A DNA stretch of 64,000 nt from Lobosporangium transversale. Lineage: Eukaryota. The stretch spans positions 1 through 64,000 of the forward strand of contig NW_019029019.1 of NCBI RefSeq assembly GCF_002105155.1. Reading direction: 5' to 3'. The notes below the pieces were generated by a model, which saw only the letters and a program-made list of their open reading frames with translations, was not told the origin of the DNA and did no database searches. A program made the translations under genes and the position numbers. How positions within the stretch are numbered: position 1 is the first letter of the stretch; each line of letters begins with the position of its first letter. This document shows positions 52,601 through 64,000 of this stretch, in pieces.

Positions 52601-52796
52601 AGGTTGAAGAACTGAGTGACTTTTTTGCAGGTCGTTGGATTCGAGACAGCACAGAATCAGCATCAAGACATAATTCCATCACTATATCGCTGTCGTCGTC
52701 TAAGGTACGAGCGCCCTTCATATAGAAATCGAAAAGTCTTAAAGCCTGTGCCGGCAAGAGTGCACTCCGGGATGGAGTATTCGTTATGCCGAGCAT
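46634..52796 (-). CDS. NLR-like STAND protein, ~2010 aa: ARM-like N-terminus, NACHT, pentapeptide repeats, WD40 repeats (exons 52796-51053, 50922-46634)
   Basis: Walker A GNSGAGKS, Walker B FVLICDGYDE, NPF and FIHRT motifs, ADLR/ADLS pentapeptides, many GH...YSP.G...WD repeats; in-frame 130-nt GT-AG intron. Confidence 0.92.
49911..52779 (-). repeat. 2869-bp inverted repeat, copy 1 (pairs with 59573-62441)
   Basis: Mirrored ORFs with coordinate sum 112352; identity includes the intron; sharp mismatch boundaries. Confidence 0.95.
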
Positions 52797-54061
52797 TGTC
52801 TGTCACTTTCTTTTTATTTCCTTTGGTGTGAGAGAAGAGAGAAAGACGAAATGTTTGAAACGATAATGCCCGGAACGATAACGTTTTTATTGGTCCCAAG
52901 TGGATTGTGTGACGTGAAGGAAGAATGAAAGAATGCATGCATACAATATAACTTCTTCCCCCCCCCCTTAAGCGATGCGTTTTCTTTTTTTTTTCTTTTT
53001 GGAATACTCATGTATTTACAGTACTTGAATGGGTAGTATTATCAGGAACGGCATTTGGGTCTGGAATAGCTGATGATGAACACGAATGAAGCCGTGAGCA
53101 TAGTGTTTAGCATCTGTCTGAAGGTAATAGCCAATTTCTTGATGAAAGATTGAAGCACGGGATTTAAAAAGAGATTTGGGCGCAGCACTTGGATAGTATC
53201 GCAAAATAAAGTTTGGATGGAATAATAGGGTTGATTAAAGTAACCAGGATTGATTGTTCTGATTTCTCTATTTCCCAATCTTTGTCCCGACACGAGTATG
53301 TCTCCGAATGTAAGCTTACAAAAGACACTTTCACTTTCGCACTTTTTTACTTTTGGACTAGCTGTGTCTCCTCTTTTGTCTTTGGGGCCATTTTTTTTTT
53401 TTTTTTTTTGCGTTTATTTTCCATTTCCATTTCAGTTTTTATTTTATTTTTCATGTTTAGCCTGGGAAACTTTTTTTTTTTTTCAGTGCTACTTGGAAGA
53501 TTTTCACCGTTGGTGGTTTCTGATGTGGTATACCGTCGATATAGTAGTATATTTGCCACCATACTATTATTGATACATCAGCAGTAACTGTACATTACAC
53601 CAACTAAAGTCACTGATGAAAAAGAAAAAAAAAAGCACTGGGCTTTGGTGAAATCACATGTAACAATTAAGGTAACTACAATAAATAAATATAAAAAAAA
53701 GCAAGGCGCTTAGACCGCTAAATCATAAAGCATTTCAAAATACAGCAAGGATAGGGCCCATCATCATTTGATGGATAAGTGGCCAAAGAGAGATGTCATT
53801 CATTTGTATTGTATATACTATTTAATAATAGATGCAAGACATGTTTAGCCGTAAAATAATAAAAAAAAAAGTCATGATAAAAATGCAAATTTAAACATAG
53901 AGAAAGCTATGGTTGTGGCCATCGCTTTTTGAAGAGGGGGATAATTAGAATGATGGTATTAAATATATGATAAAGATATGACAAAGATATGATTAAGATA
54001 TGATAAAGATACGGCAGTGGTGGTAATAAAATACTTTAAGAATGTTTATGAACGCTTTCAA

Positions 54062-54681
54062 TTACAGAAAACTGGCAAGAGCAAAGGAGCGAGCACCAGT
54101 GAAACCTAGGTTAACAAAGCGTTTAAATTTTTTTTTTTTTTTTTTTGTATTATTAGTTTTTGTTTCAATGCATGCTTACAAATTGACAATAATGTCAGCT
54201 TTGTTCTTTTTTTTTTTTTTTTACCAATGAGGCCAAGGTATTGTAGATCAATGTTCTCGGGTCGTTGCAGTCCATTTGAACATCGTGACCTCAATAGCTT
54301 GATCAACACATACCGACCAGACCGAGTCGGGGTTAGATCTAATGTGCATGTTTCATCTGGCCCATCCATTTGAAAGAACGCTGCTGGGATCAATGCATCT
54401 GCATCAGCTCCATGAGTCTGGAGTATTTTTCGATACGCTGAACCATCACTATCATTGATACCCTTCATATATTCCTCATATCGATCTCGCGTCATGTTAT
54501 CAAAGAAGGTAGTCTTTTCCAGTGGAATGGGTTCATGGCTAATAAAAATAAGCCCCTCCTTACAAGGTGCTGTGAAGCCTGTGGTTGGGGCCTTAGCTTG
54601 GAATTGAGTCAAGACAAATGACCTGTGGGGCTCGGCCAATTTGAGGCATATGTTGATATTCGTAGGTCTTCGGGAACTGGA

Positions 54682-54733
<52 letters not shown>

Positions 54734-57223
54734 CAATTAGTTTTTTCTTTATCCTTTTGTACAGGGACGTAAAAAGGCTAGTATGCGGTGGACTCAAAGA
54801 GACGAATCTTACCAATAAACAGAGGAGTCATTCTTGAGCACATTCTCGACTGAATGTGCAGCATTAAATTCACCACCATCAGCATAATACATGTTAAACT
54901 TCAATGGCCAGACATCACCTTGAGCCTCTATGTTCTCATTAGATACAGCTTCCCTGCAGGTTCTATGGTCAAGCGCTACTCCCGGACTCGCGGCTGTGCC
55001 CCCCTGAGGGTACAATTGGTTGCTGCCGTTATAACGAGTCACCAAATTAAAAGTTGGAGTTGGGAACGAACGTCTCAAATCAGCTGTGCCTCTATTAGAT
55101 GTTGTGGTAATGGTAGTGGTGGTAGTACTAATCCTGGAACTAACTGACCCTGGTTGCCCATTACTGGGTGGTGTATGATGCATCGAGCTTCGGTGCAGTG
55201 ATGAAAATCCGACTCCAATGTTGCTGTTGCTATCGTCCCTAATGACGGGAGACGGTGAAGTCAGAGGTCTGCGGAAATAAGGGTTGCTATCGTATTCATG
55301 TTGAATAATTTGCGAGAGCGTAAGCAAACCCGAGGCAACAGATGAATGGATGGCTGGATGCGGATGCATTGATCGGCCGTTAGCAGAGAGCATTGACGTG
55401 AGAGCTGCAGCAGAGCGTGGCGAGAGTTGAGCATGTCGTGGGCGCTCTAGACGAGAGGTGTATGACGAGGGGGCTATCATATCCGAGTCCATAGAAGCCA
55501 CACCTGCTCCACGTCGCTGCCTATTTTCTATGACTTGCTCGATACCATCATCGTCATCATCGTCATCATCGTCATCGTCATCATCGTCATCCTCGTCGCT
55601 ATTGTTATAAGAATCATCGTTTTCATCGTCTTCGTTCTCTTCTTCCCGAATTAATGAAGGACGGTGAGGATGTGTGTGAAGCATCAGAGATGCAAATCCA
55701 TCTCCTCGAGTGGTAAGCGCGGAGCTAGAGGATTGTGAAGGTCCATAGTCTATACCATCCATTTCGTCCTCTAGTATGTATTCGTCCTCTTGGTCTGAAG
55801 GGTCGCTTTGGGTATCCAAACGCCTTCTTTGATGCCGAAGCCCATGTGGGAACATAACAGATGCTCTCATGGCTTGGCCTTCGTCATGGCGAGATAGTCT
55901 ATTCGAGGTCGAAAAATACATGCTATTCAGCTGTCGAAAATGGATGCGTTCATCGACCTCATACCGTGCTTCATTTGGTGGCGTTAGTCTTCCTCTTCTA
56001 ATTGATCCACGTGGAGCGCTATTTGAATTAAAGTTGGAAGCGTTACCACGATCAACGGCCATAGACACAGACGTCTGACTTGAAAATCTGGAGGAGGTGG
56101 CGCTCAAAGGCGGGCTGGGAATGGAGAGTGAGGGCATACGGACAGATGCTATTGGGGATGAAGAAGAGACAGAGATGGATATAGAATCCGAATCTGGTGT
56201 CACAGTTGCAATGCTAGAGAGAGTAGAGTTGGAAAGCGAGTCCATAACAGGATTGTTTGTCAAGGATCGCTGCATTGGTGTAGATGTGAGCATACTGGTG
56301 CTAACGGAACTTCTCTGAGACGGAAGCTGTGACAGTCGCTGACTTGCAAGACTAATGTGGGCTGGAGACAGTGTTTGCTGGTGACTACTGAGTACTGCAT
56401 TACCACCAGAAGCAAGAAAGGTGGAAATATTTGTGGCGGGATCAGAACTGCTCATTGACATTATAGAAGGAGCAAATGTCTGGTGATATGCTTGTTGCTG
56501 CAGCTGATGAGGAGGAGGAAAGGAGTCAGGAGAAGGTGCAGTTGCTCTTGATATCGATGTTGTTGAGCGCTCGCTAGGGGGAGACAGTGAATGTGAAGGT
56601 GATGATGATACCAATGTTGTGGTTGTTGCTGCTGCTATTGTCAAGGGTAGTGTGGGGGGTATTGATGGCAATGTTGAGACCATCGTCACAGTTGCTGAGA
56701 CTGGTGATGACGAAGAAGTGAGAGAAGATGTATCTTCTGCATTTTGTCGGCTAGTAGCGATGTTGTGGTCATGGGGCCCTAACCGTGGTTCTTGGTATAA
56801 TGATGAGGATATTGGAGCATCAAAGGTTTGCTGGTTTAAGATCAGTGATCCAGAAACAGATGGGTGACGGTGGGAATAGAGCAGCTGAGACTGATTCAGA
56901 CGCTCTGCACGACTATTGGGATGACTCGATGGTGTAACAGGGTAATAGCGCGTCCGCGGCGAGTGATGATGATGTGTGGATGAAGTATCAAAGGGAGATC
57001 GACGCTGCAGCCTGCTCCAACGCCGGAGGACACTAGGGCCGTTATTCAGACCTAGTTGGTTTGGAAGATGGTTGGAGCTGACATTATGGTTCCCCTCAGC
57101 ATTACTACCATTAATATTTCTGTCGGAGTTGACACCTGAACTGTTGGCATTGCGGTTACCACCAGAAGAACTACTGTTGACTACTGGGATAGGGCTCTGC
57201 GTTGTAGAAAATGGGATGGGCAT
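54062..57223 (-). CDS. Conserved fungal protein: long Ser-rich disordered N-terminus, poly-Asp tract, C-terminal globular domain (exons 57223-54813, 54676-54225, 54105-54062)
   Basis: First ATG at 57223; splicing gives ENVLKNDSSVYCSRRPTNINICLKLAEP...KAPTTGFTAPCKEGLIF...ENIDLQYLGLIGFTG. Function not assigned. Confidence 0.8.
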
Positions 57224-59555
57224 TGGAAACAAATGGAGTGTGACTAATGGAAATGGAGTGAATGAATGTGAATGGAGTGACTGCAAGCTTTTTTTTATAT
57301 ATTTGTGTATAAAAAATAAAATAGAATAAAATAAAAAAAAATAAAAAAGAGAAGTTGCAAAGTCGGGGAGAACTTGTCTTTGTGTTGTTTACAATCCGTG
57401 TTCAGGTGTAGGTTTGAGACGAATGTGCCTGGAGAAGAGGAAGAAGAGGAAGAAGAGGAAGAAGAGGAAGAAGAGAAAGAAGAGGAAGAGGAGAGAGTTG
57501 TTGAACAGACCGTGTCAAGGAACAAGGGGCGAATTAGATGTGAATTATGCGTGGATGTGAATGTAAAGGATAGGCAGGTGTAAACAAAAAAAAGCCAAAA
57601 AAAATAAAAGCAAAGAATTATCAATTAGGGAAATGCCTTGCAACAATAAAACAAAAAGCAAAAATAAAAATAAAAAACTTAGACATTGTTTTGGATGCCA
57701 CAGGTCCGGAAGAGATAGTCATCTGAGCACATCTTTATTCATTTGCCTACCCCGTTGTCTTCTTTCATTATACTAACCATCAAGCTGTTGGCGTGGCAAC
57801 GAACCCTTTCACTTTCGCACTTTTTGCCTTGACTTTCATTGTCGCACAGAAACAATGACCGTTTGACGACAGTAAATAGAACAGCAATAGATCATCTGAA
57901 GAGGACACTGCTCGTCTTTTTATTTACAAAAGATCAAAGGGCGCATGGCATTGTTTTATTCCCTGGATTCTTGATCATTTACTCTCAAATCCATGCTATT
58001 CATCCTCGGAAGTGTAGCACCGCATGGCAACCAAAAAAAATAATAATAATAATGCGCGAGAGAACTTTAATAACGACGCTACAAGCTTTTCTGTTTATAA
58101 AACATTCGTAGAGCCATACTTCGTCCAGTTGTGTTTCAAAAGGACTGATTGACCGCTATTACTGCTGTTGTTGTCACAACTGCCTCTGTGGATATTTTTA
58201 AAAATTCAGGAGACAAGGAGAAAGAAAGAGGTAGGCAAGTGAGGGTATAAGAGAATGAAAAAATAGGGAAGACGAAAAAGAGGAAAAGAGAAAAATAAGA
58301 GTTGCTGATTAGTTCATGCTGATGTTGGAACTAGGTGCGTTTTGCATTGTGCATTTATTTAGTTAGCACACCGACTTTTTTAAAAAATCAGCGCACCGTC
58401 CGATTACAACAAATAAAGGGGATGTTGCAAGATGTATGCGGGAATTCTTGGATCGGGCCAATCGTCGCGTAGATCAAAAAAAAGCTTGAAAAAGGGGTTC
58501 AGTATGGACTGGGAAAAAGGTTGACCACATCCCTTTTTACTTAATCAAGATCTGTTTACAGCAGAAGGAAAGGAAAGAAAAGAAGAGAGATGGGAATCAA
58601 TATTTAATACAACGGACACACTCCCTTGAACTGTATCCAATAGGTCAGTAATGTAACGTTCTTTCAATCCCCTGTCTCTTTGTTCACCTCACCATCTCCA
58701 GTCAAAACACGTTGCTCATAACACCAATACCACATACCACAACACTCCTTTTGTGAACACAATCAAAGACAACATGACCAATGGGAAGAGATGAACACAA
58801 ATAAGGCTTCGCCCAATTATCCACGTGCTCAAGGGGATTAGTTTTTCAATTTGCGGGAAACGGAGCTCTTGAACTTCGCGGGCCTTTTAACGCCCGTCTT
58901 ATGAAGACAAAAAAGGGGGGAGAAGAGGGGGAGCAAAAAGACGGGAAGGGAGGTTGGGAGACTGTTCGAAAGAACATAGCCATACGGTGCTGCTCGCCTA
59001 ACGTGACCACCTCTCCAGAATCTGCTTCATGAGCCCCTGTCACCATGAGTCTGAGGCATGTTGGTGAGTCTAATCTTCCTCTTCCTCTTCATTGCTTTTC
59101 GTATTATCATTTGTCATTCATATCCATACTCTTCAACATACTGTTAGCAAAAGCAGTAACAGCGGTGCCACATTGTGCATTTGTTTGGATGATCTAACCA
59201 ATCTATCAGAAGCTCGGGCGTGACCAAGGCTGTATGGATGGCTATATTAGTCATGTCGATTGGGCATGTTTGTGCTGCTACAAACAGGCAGGATTTTCAT
59301 CTCAGGTTTTGAGAATCAGGCTCCACTGGTTTTCAAAGCTTCTCTTAAGGAGGCTTTTTTTTTTCAAAGAGATCATTTTTTCTTTCTTCCCTCACGTCAC
59401 AATCCCGCCACTTTTAGGTTTGGGTCTTAATGACAGTCATACATGCAGAGGACGCATGAACAAAAAAAACATTTTCCCACCCAAATAAACACAGGCATTT
59501 TTCATCTAAAACATTTGAATTGGAACCTACAGTCCAAAAGGAAAAAAAGGAAACA

Positions 59556-62500
59556 ATGTTTGGTACGACCAGTACTCCATCCCGGAGTGCACTCTTGCCG
59601 GCACAGGCTTTAAGACTTTTCGATTTCTATATGAAGGGCGCTCGTACCTTAGACGACGACAGCGATATAGTGATGGAATTATGTCTTGATGCTGATTCTG
59701 TGCTGTCTCGAATCCAACGACCTGCAAAAAAGTCACTCAGTTCTTCAACCTCTCCACCATCTTCAGCTTCTAGTGAGGATATGGCATTGCGTCAAGGTGT
59801 TGCTTCAGCCTGCTATGAACTCGCTCGCTTATTTGAACAGCTAGGTCACCCAGATGTTGCTCAAGGTCGTGAGAAAAAAGCTGAAAAATGGGGTTACATC
59901 AAACAGAGCAGTAACAACAACAGCAACAACGACAATATCAATAATACCATCAAATGCAGAGTCAACAGCACCAATAGTCGCAGTCTGACTAAGGTGGCAA
60001 AAGCAGCACAACCTATGCCAGTGCATACCATAGCAACTATCTCAAAGGACATATTCAATCAAAACATTCCTCCAACAGTCATCAGATATAGCTTGCCGGA
60101 TGCTGATGCAAACTTGAATAGTGTCCACCAGCTTGTATATTGTCTTAGTTTGCTTCCTAATGCTCCTATCCCAACAACGGACCTGAATGACCATGAGGAT
60201 GAATGGCGCCAGTTCATATCAAACGATCAGGATGAACAAGAGCGACTGCATAAACTGGTATCGGATGTGATTGAGATGTTCATCGATGACAACGCCAAGA
60301 CCGAGACTACTGTCGCGGAGGTTATATCTCTGGCTCCAGTTCTGGACCGAGTCCAATTCAGGACATTGCTTATGGGTTTGGTCAATGGAATCAAGCAGAA
60401 CGTCATGTTGGAGACTCATTTGCTGGAAGGACTAGCCCAGCTGATGCAGAGTGCACCTTCTGGATACCTCGACTCGGATGACCTTGTCTCAATCCTCAAC
60501 ACCCTCAGTTCCCGCCTACAAGGCACACATGGACAATCTACCGACCATCTTTACCGACTGTCAGCTACAGTGTCAGATGTGCTTGATGCCATGGTCAACA
60601 ACCAAGTCAAGGGGTTGAGGCGAGAACAACTCCATGAGCCACTTGCAGCATATCTCCAAGGGCTGAAAGACAGCTCTGAGCCACATCTAGTCTATCAAGC
60701 AGCCTATGGGTTCCAAGCTCTACTGTATATTCCAGATGATGAAACAGCAATGCAAGCCATGCTTCGACGGACATCAGATATACTCCGAGGAGCATTTGGA
60801 GCAGTCAGCGCAGTTAAAGCCATGGATCTGAATGCCTTCATAGGCGAGATAAGCAGCATCCATAAAGAGCTTCCATATGTAACAGATATCGTTGCCACGG
60901 GTCTACAAATGTACACAGGTATAGCCTCACTATATACGAGTGGAGCAACATTCAAACAGTGTATGGAAGAAGGACTCAGCTTTAGTCGCAAGTCAGCATG
61001 GTACCCAGCACTTCGTGGAGCGGATGCACTACTCCAGACAGGCGAGCTCATTAAATTCAAGACCCTTGTGTGTGAAGCACCCTGCCGAAATGACGCAGCA
61101 TTCCAATGGGGACTATGTCAGAGATTAGGACAGATTGCAGGTGGCACACAGTGGACTATGGATGCTCGGCAGGATGCCATCATACTACTTGGAGAGATCT
61201 ACAAGAATGACCAGGAGTGGGGCTGTCATGTAGATATCAAGCAGTGGATCGTACATATCCTAAGGAAACTATCTTCGCTATCATTGGATGGACTACAATG
61301 TATGTATTTTCTTTCCTTCCTATGGACATGTTTGGAATCCTCGGGATCACTCAGTGTATAATAATTAATTCTAATACTCCACACATACCCTGTTTTCTTC
61401 TTTTTCTTCTTTTCTTCTTTTATTTTCAGGTACAAGCACTCTCTTAAATGAGCTAGAAATAGATGGAGACCTCAAGAAGCAAGAGGTATACAGGAATTGT
61501 CTCAAAGGGGCATTGATCCAGTACCCCTTCATTGGTACACTCCCTCCGCCTACATCCTCAAAGCTACTTGACCGTGTACAGAAGAAGCCTGGTGTCGAGA
61601 ATAGTCTACGCCAACTAAAGAGGCAGCGGATGGAGGTTGGAAATGATCAAGGATTCTACATCCAACTATATGCCAAAGCAAATCCTCAAGCAAGCGATGA
61701 TAAGCTGTTCTTGCTGATGGAAAAGGTAAAAGAGTTCCTAAACAGCGATCAGAAAGTGCTACTCGTCCAAGGTAACTCAGGGGCGGGCAAGTCCACATTC
61801 AATCGCACTCTGGAGCGCACACTCTGGGAGACATATCAAAAGAGGCGTGGACGGATTCCATTGTATATCAATCTTCCAGCCATTGATAAGCCAGAGAAGG
61901 ATCTGGTTACAAAGCAGCTGCGAGACTATGATTTCACAGACACGCAGATCAAGGAGCTGAAGATGAATCGGTCATTTGTCTTGATCTGTGATGGATACGA
62001 TGAGAGTATGCAGACCAACAATCTGTATGTTGCCAACCAACTGAATCAACCTGGCGAGTGGAAGGCCCAGATGGTGGTCAGTTGCCGCAGTGAGTACCTT
62101 GGGTTAGACTACCGAGATCGTTTCCAACCTATGGACCGTAATCACCAAACAGATGCTAGACTGTTTCAAGAGGCTGTGATTGTACCATTCTCCGAGACTC
62201 AGATCGAGGACTACATCAAGCATTATGTCGCAGCTATGGATCCACTGTGGCCTGTGGAGGTGTACCAGCGTGCTCTCAAAATGGTCCCTAGTCTACAGGA
62301 ACTTGTGAAGAACCCATTCATGCTGTCGATGTCGCTAGAAGTACTTCCACGGATGGTTGATCCAAATCAAGACAATTCCAACACGAAGGTCAAGCGGGTC
62401 ACGTTGTATGACCGGTTCGTTGAGCTATGGCTTGAACGAGGCAAGAAGCGACTGAGCGGGATATTAGCGCCGGAAGACAGAAGAATGTTTCACAAACTAT

Positions 62501-64000
62501 TGGATGAAGGTTTTGCACAGAACGGGATCAGGTACCTGGCCGAGCTAGCCATAGCAATCTACAAGTATCAAGACGGTAATCCAGTTGTGGGCTACTCACC
62601 ATTCAAAGATAAAGGTACATGGAAGGAAGAGTATTTTAGCAAAGATGATGGGAAGAACCTCCTACGTGAAGCTTCTCCGCTCACTCGTACGGGCAATCGG
62701 CACCGCTTTATCCACCGATCTATCCTGGAGTACAGCCTGGCACAGGCAATTTTTGAGCCGCAGAAGGCAATGAACACCTTTACGAGCGATGGGGGAGCGG
62801 AAGCAAGAATATTGCCTTCTCGTCGACACAGTATTAGTTCAGCCTATAGTTTCGAAGCTATGGACATCGAGGAAGGCGAGCAAGAGGCCAACCTAATTGA
62901 CGTCGATGAAAGCTCACCCTTGGTATGGAGAAGCTTCGTAGATGAGCCATCTATCCTTCAATCCCTAGAAGACCGCGTCCGTCTCGAGCCAGTGTTTAAG
63001 CAGCAACTGTATACTCTCGAAGAGTGACAACAAATGGTGGATAGCAGCAGCTAATGCGATGACAATCTTGGTTCGAGCAGGTGAGTCATTCATCGGAGCA
63101 GACTTAAGAGGCATCCAGATTCCAGGAGCAGATCTTAGCCATGGGGTCTTTGAGTATGCTCAGCTACAGGGAGCAGATCTGAGGAAGGCCATTTTACGAA
63201 ACTGTTGGCTTCGTGAAGCGGACCTGAGCGGAGCGAAGATGACAGATGTACAATTCGGAGAATGGCCACTTCTCGAAGCAATCAGTGAGGTATATGGAGG
63301 GTCTTATTCGCCTGATGGCAAGACACTCGCTGCAATCATCAGTGATGAATCATACAAGTGTTCAATCAACGTCTATGATACATCAACGTGGGAAAAGCTT
63401 TTCACTCTGGACGACGATGAGCTCGGCGACTACCTTATATACTCACCAGACAGCCAACGCATCATCTCATGGGGCAATGAGCAAACTGCAGTCCTAATTT
63501 GGGATGCCCCGTCAGGAGCATTAGTTCATAGGTTGGTAGGTCACACAGCACCTGTCCTGTGCGCGGAGTACTCCCGAGCGGAAACGATCTTGCCACAGCT
63601 AGCGATGATGCCTCAGTGCGAGTCTGGGACACTCAGTCGGGCGTGCTCAAACACATATTTGAGGGCCATACCGACGCGGTGAGAAGCGTGGCATATTCGC
63701 CTGATTGATCGCAGATTGCAACTGGTGGTGATGACAATACACTACGGCTGAGGCCCGCAAAAACAGGACAGCAGCTAATCCTGATGAACCATGACTCTGG
63801 GATCCAGCAAATTGTCTATTCACCTAATGGCCAGGATATTATAGCTCGTTGTGACGAAGATTGTTGCCTGCATATGTGGGATGCCGCATCTGGCCAAGAA
63901 AAGCTGATCCTGAGCCATGACGACGACGTCCTAGGTGTTCAATACTCGCTTGACGGAAAACATGCCCTTTCCTTCGCTTCGGAGGTTGTATATGAATGGA
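59556..64000 (+). pseudogene. Paralogous ARM-like/NACHT/pentapeptide/WD40 NLR-like gene, disrupted in its 3' half; runs off the window
   Basis: ATG 59556, intron 61300-61429; 11-nt deletion near 63015 (stop at 63025-63027), 1-nt deletion near 63573, in-frame TGA at 63706-63708. Confidence 0.88.
59573..62441 (+). repeat. 2869-bp inverted repeat, copy 2
   Basis: Reverse complement of 49911-52779. Confidence 0.95.

Overview
Eukaryotic, intron-containing fungal DNA with long A/T homopolymers. The gene families suggest an early-diverging fungus, probably Mortierellaceae (inference, not a database result). Housekeeping-type genes are two ferric-reductase-like paralogs, a DUF6787-like membrane protein, CCDC43, COA6 and a conserved protein with a long low-complexity N-terminus. 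They are interleaved with an accessory, immunity-like region: a gag relic, a Crinkler-like pseudogene broken by a MITE, a second gene broken by another MITE, and two inverted gene pairs. (1) A ~13.8-kb palindrome (about 24649-38476, 229-bp unique spacer) holds two convergent LRR genes. They are essentially identical over 5.8 kb but carry different, reshuffled arrays of 84-bp LRR units (13 vs 18). (2) Two divergent ARM-like/NACHT/pentapeptide/WD40 NLR-like genes share a 2869-bp tract with no differences found, followed by diverged 3' parts; one copy is a pseudogene. In both pairs the N-terminal half is homogenised and the putative sensor half is diversified, which suggests inverted-repeat-driven diversification of non-self receptors. 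About 19 ATCTGATA (SreA-type GATA) motifs cluster upstream of the first ferric reductase. Comparisons were made by eye and from the ORF track; assembly artefacts cannot be excluded without reads.
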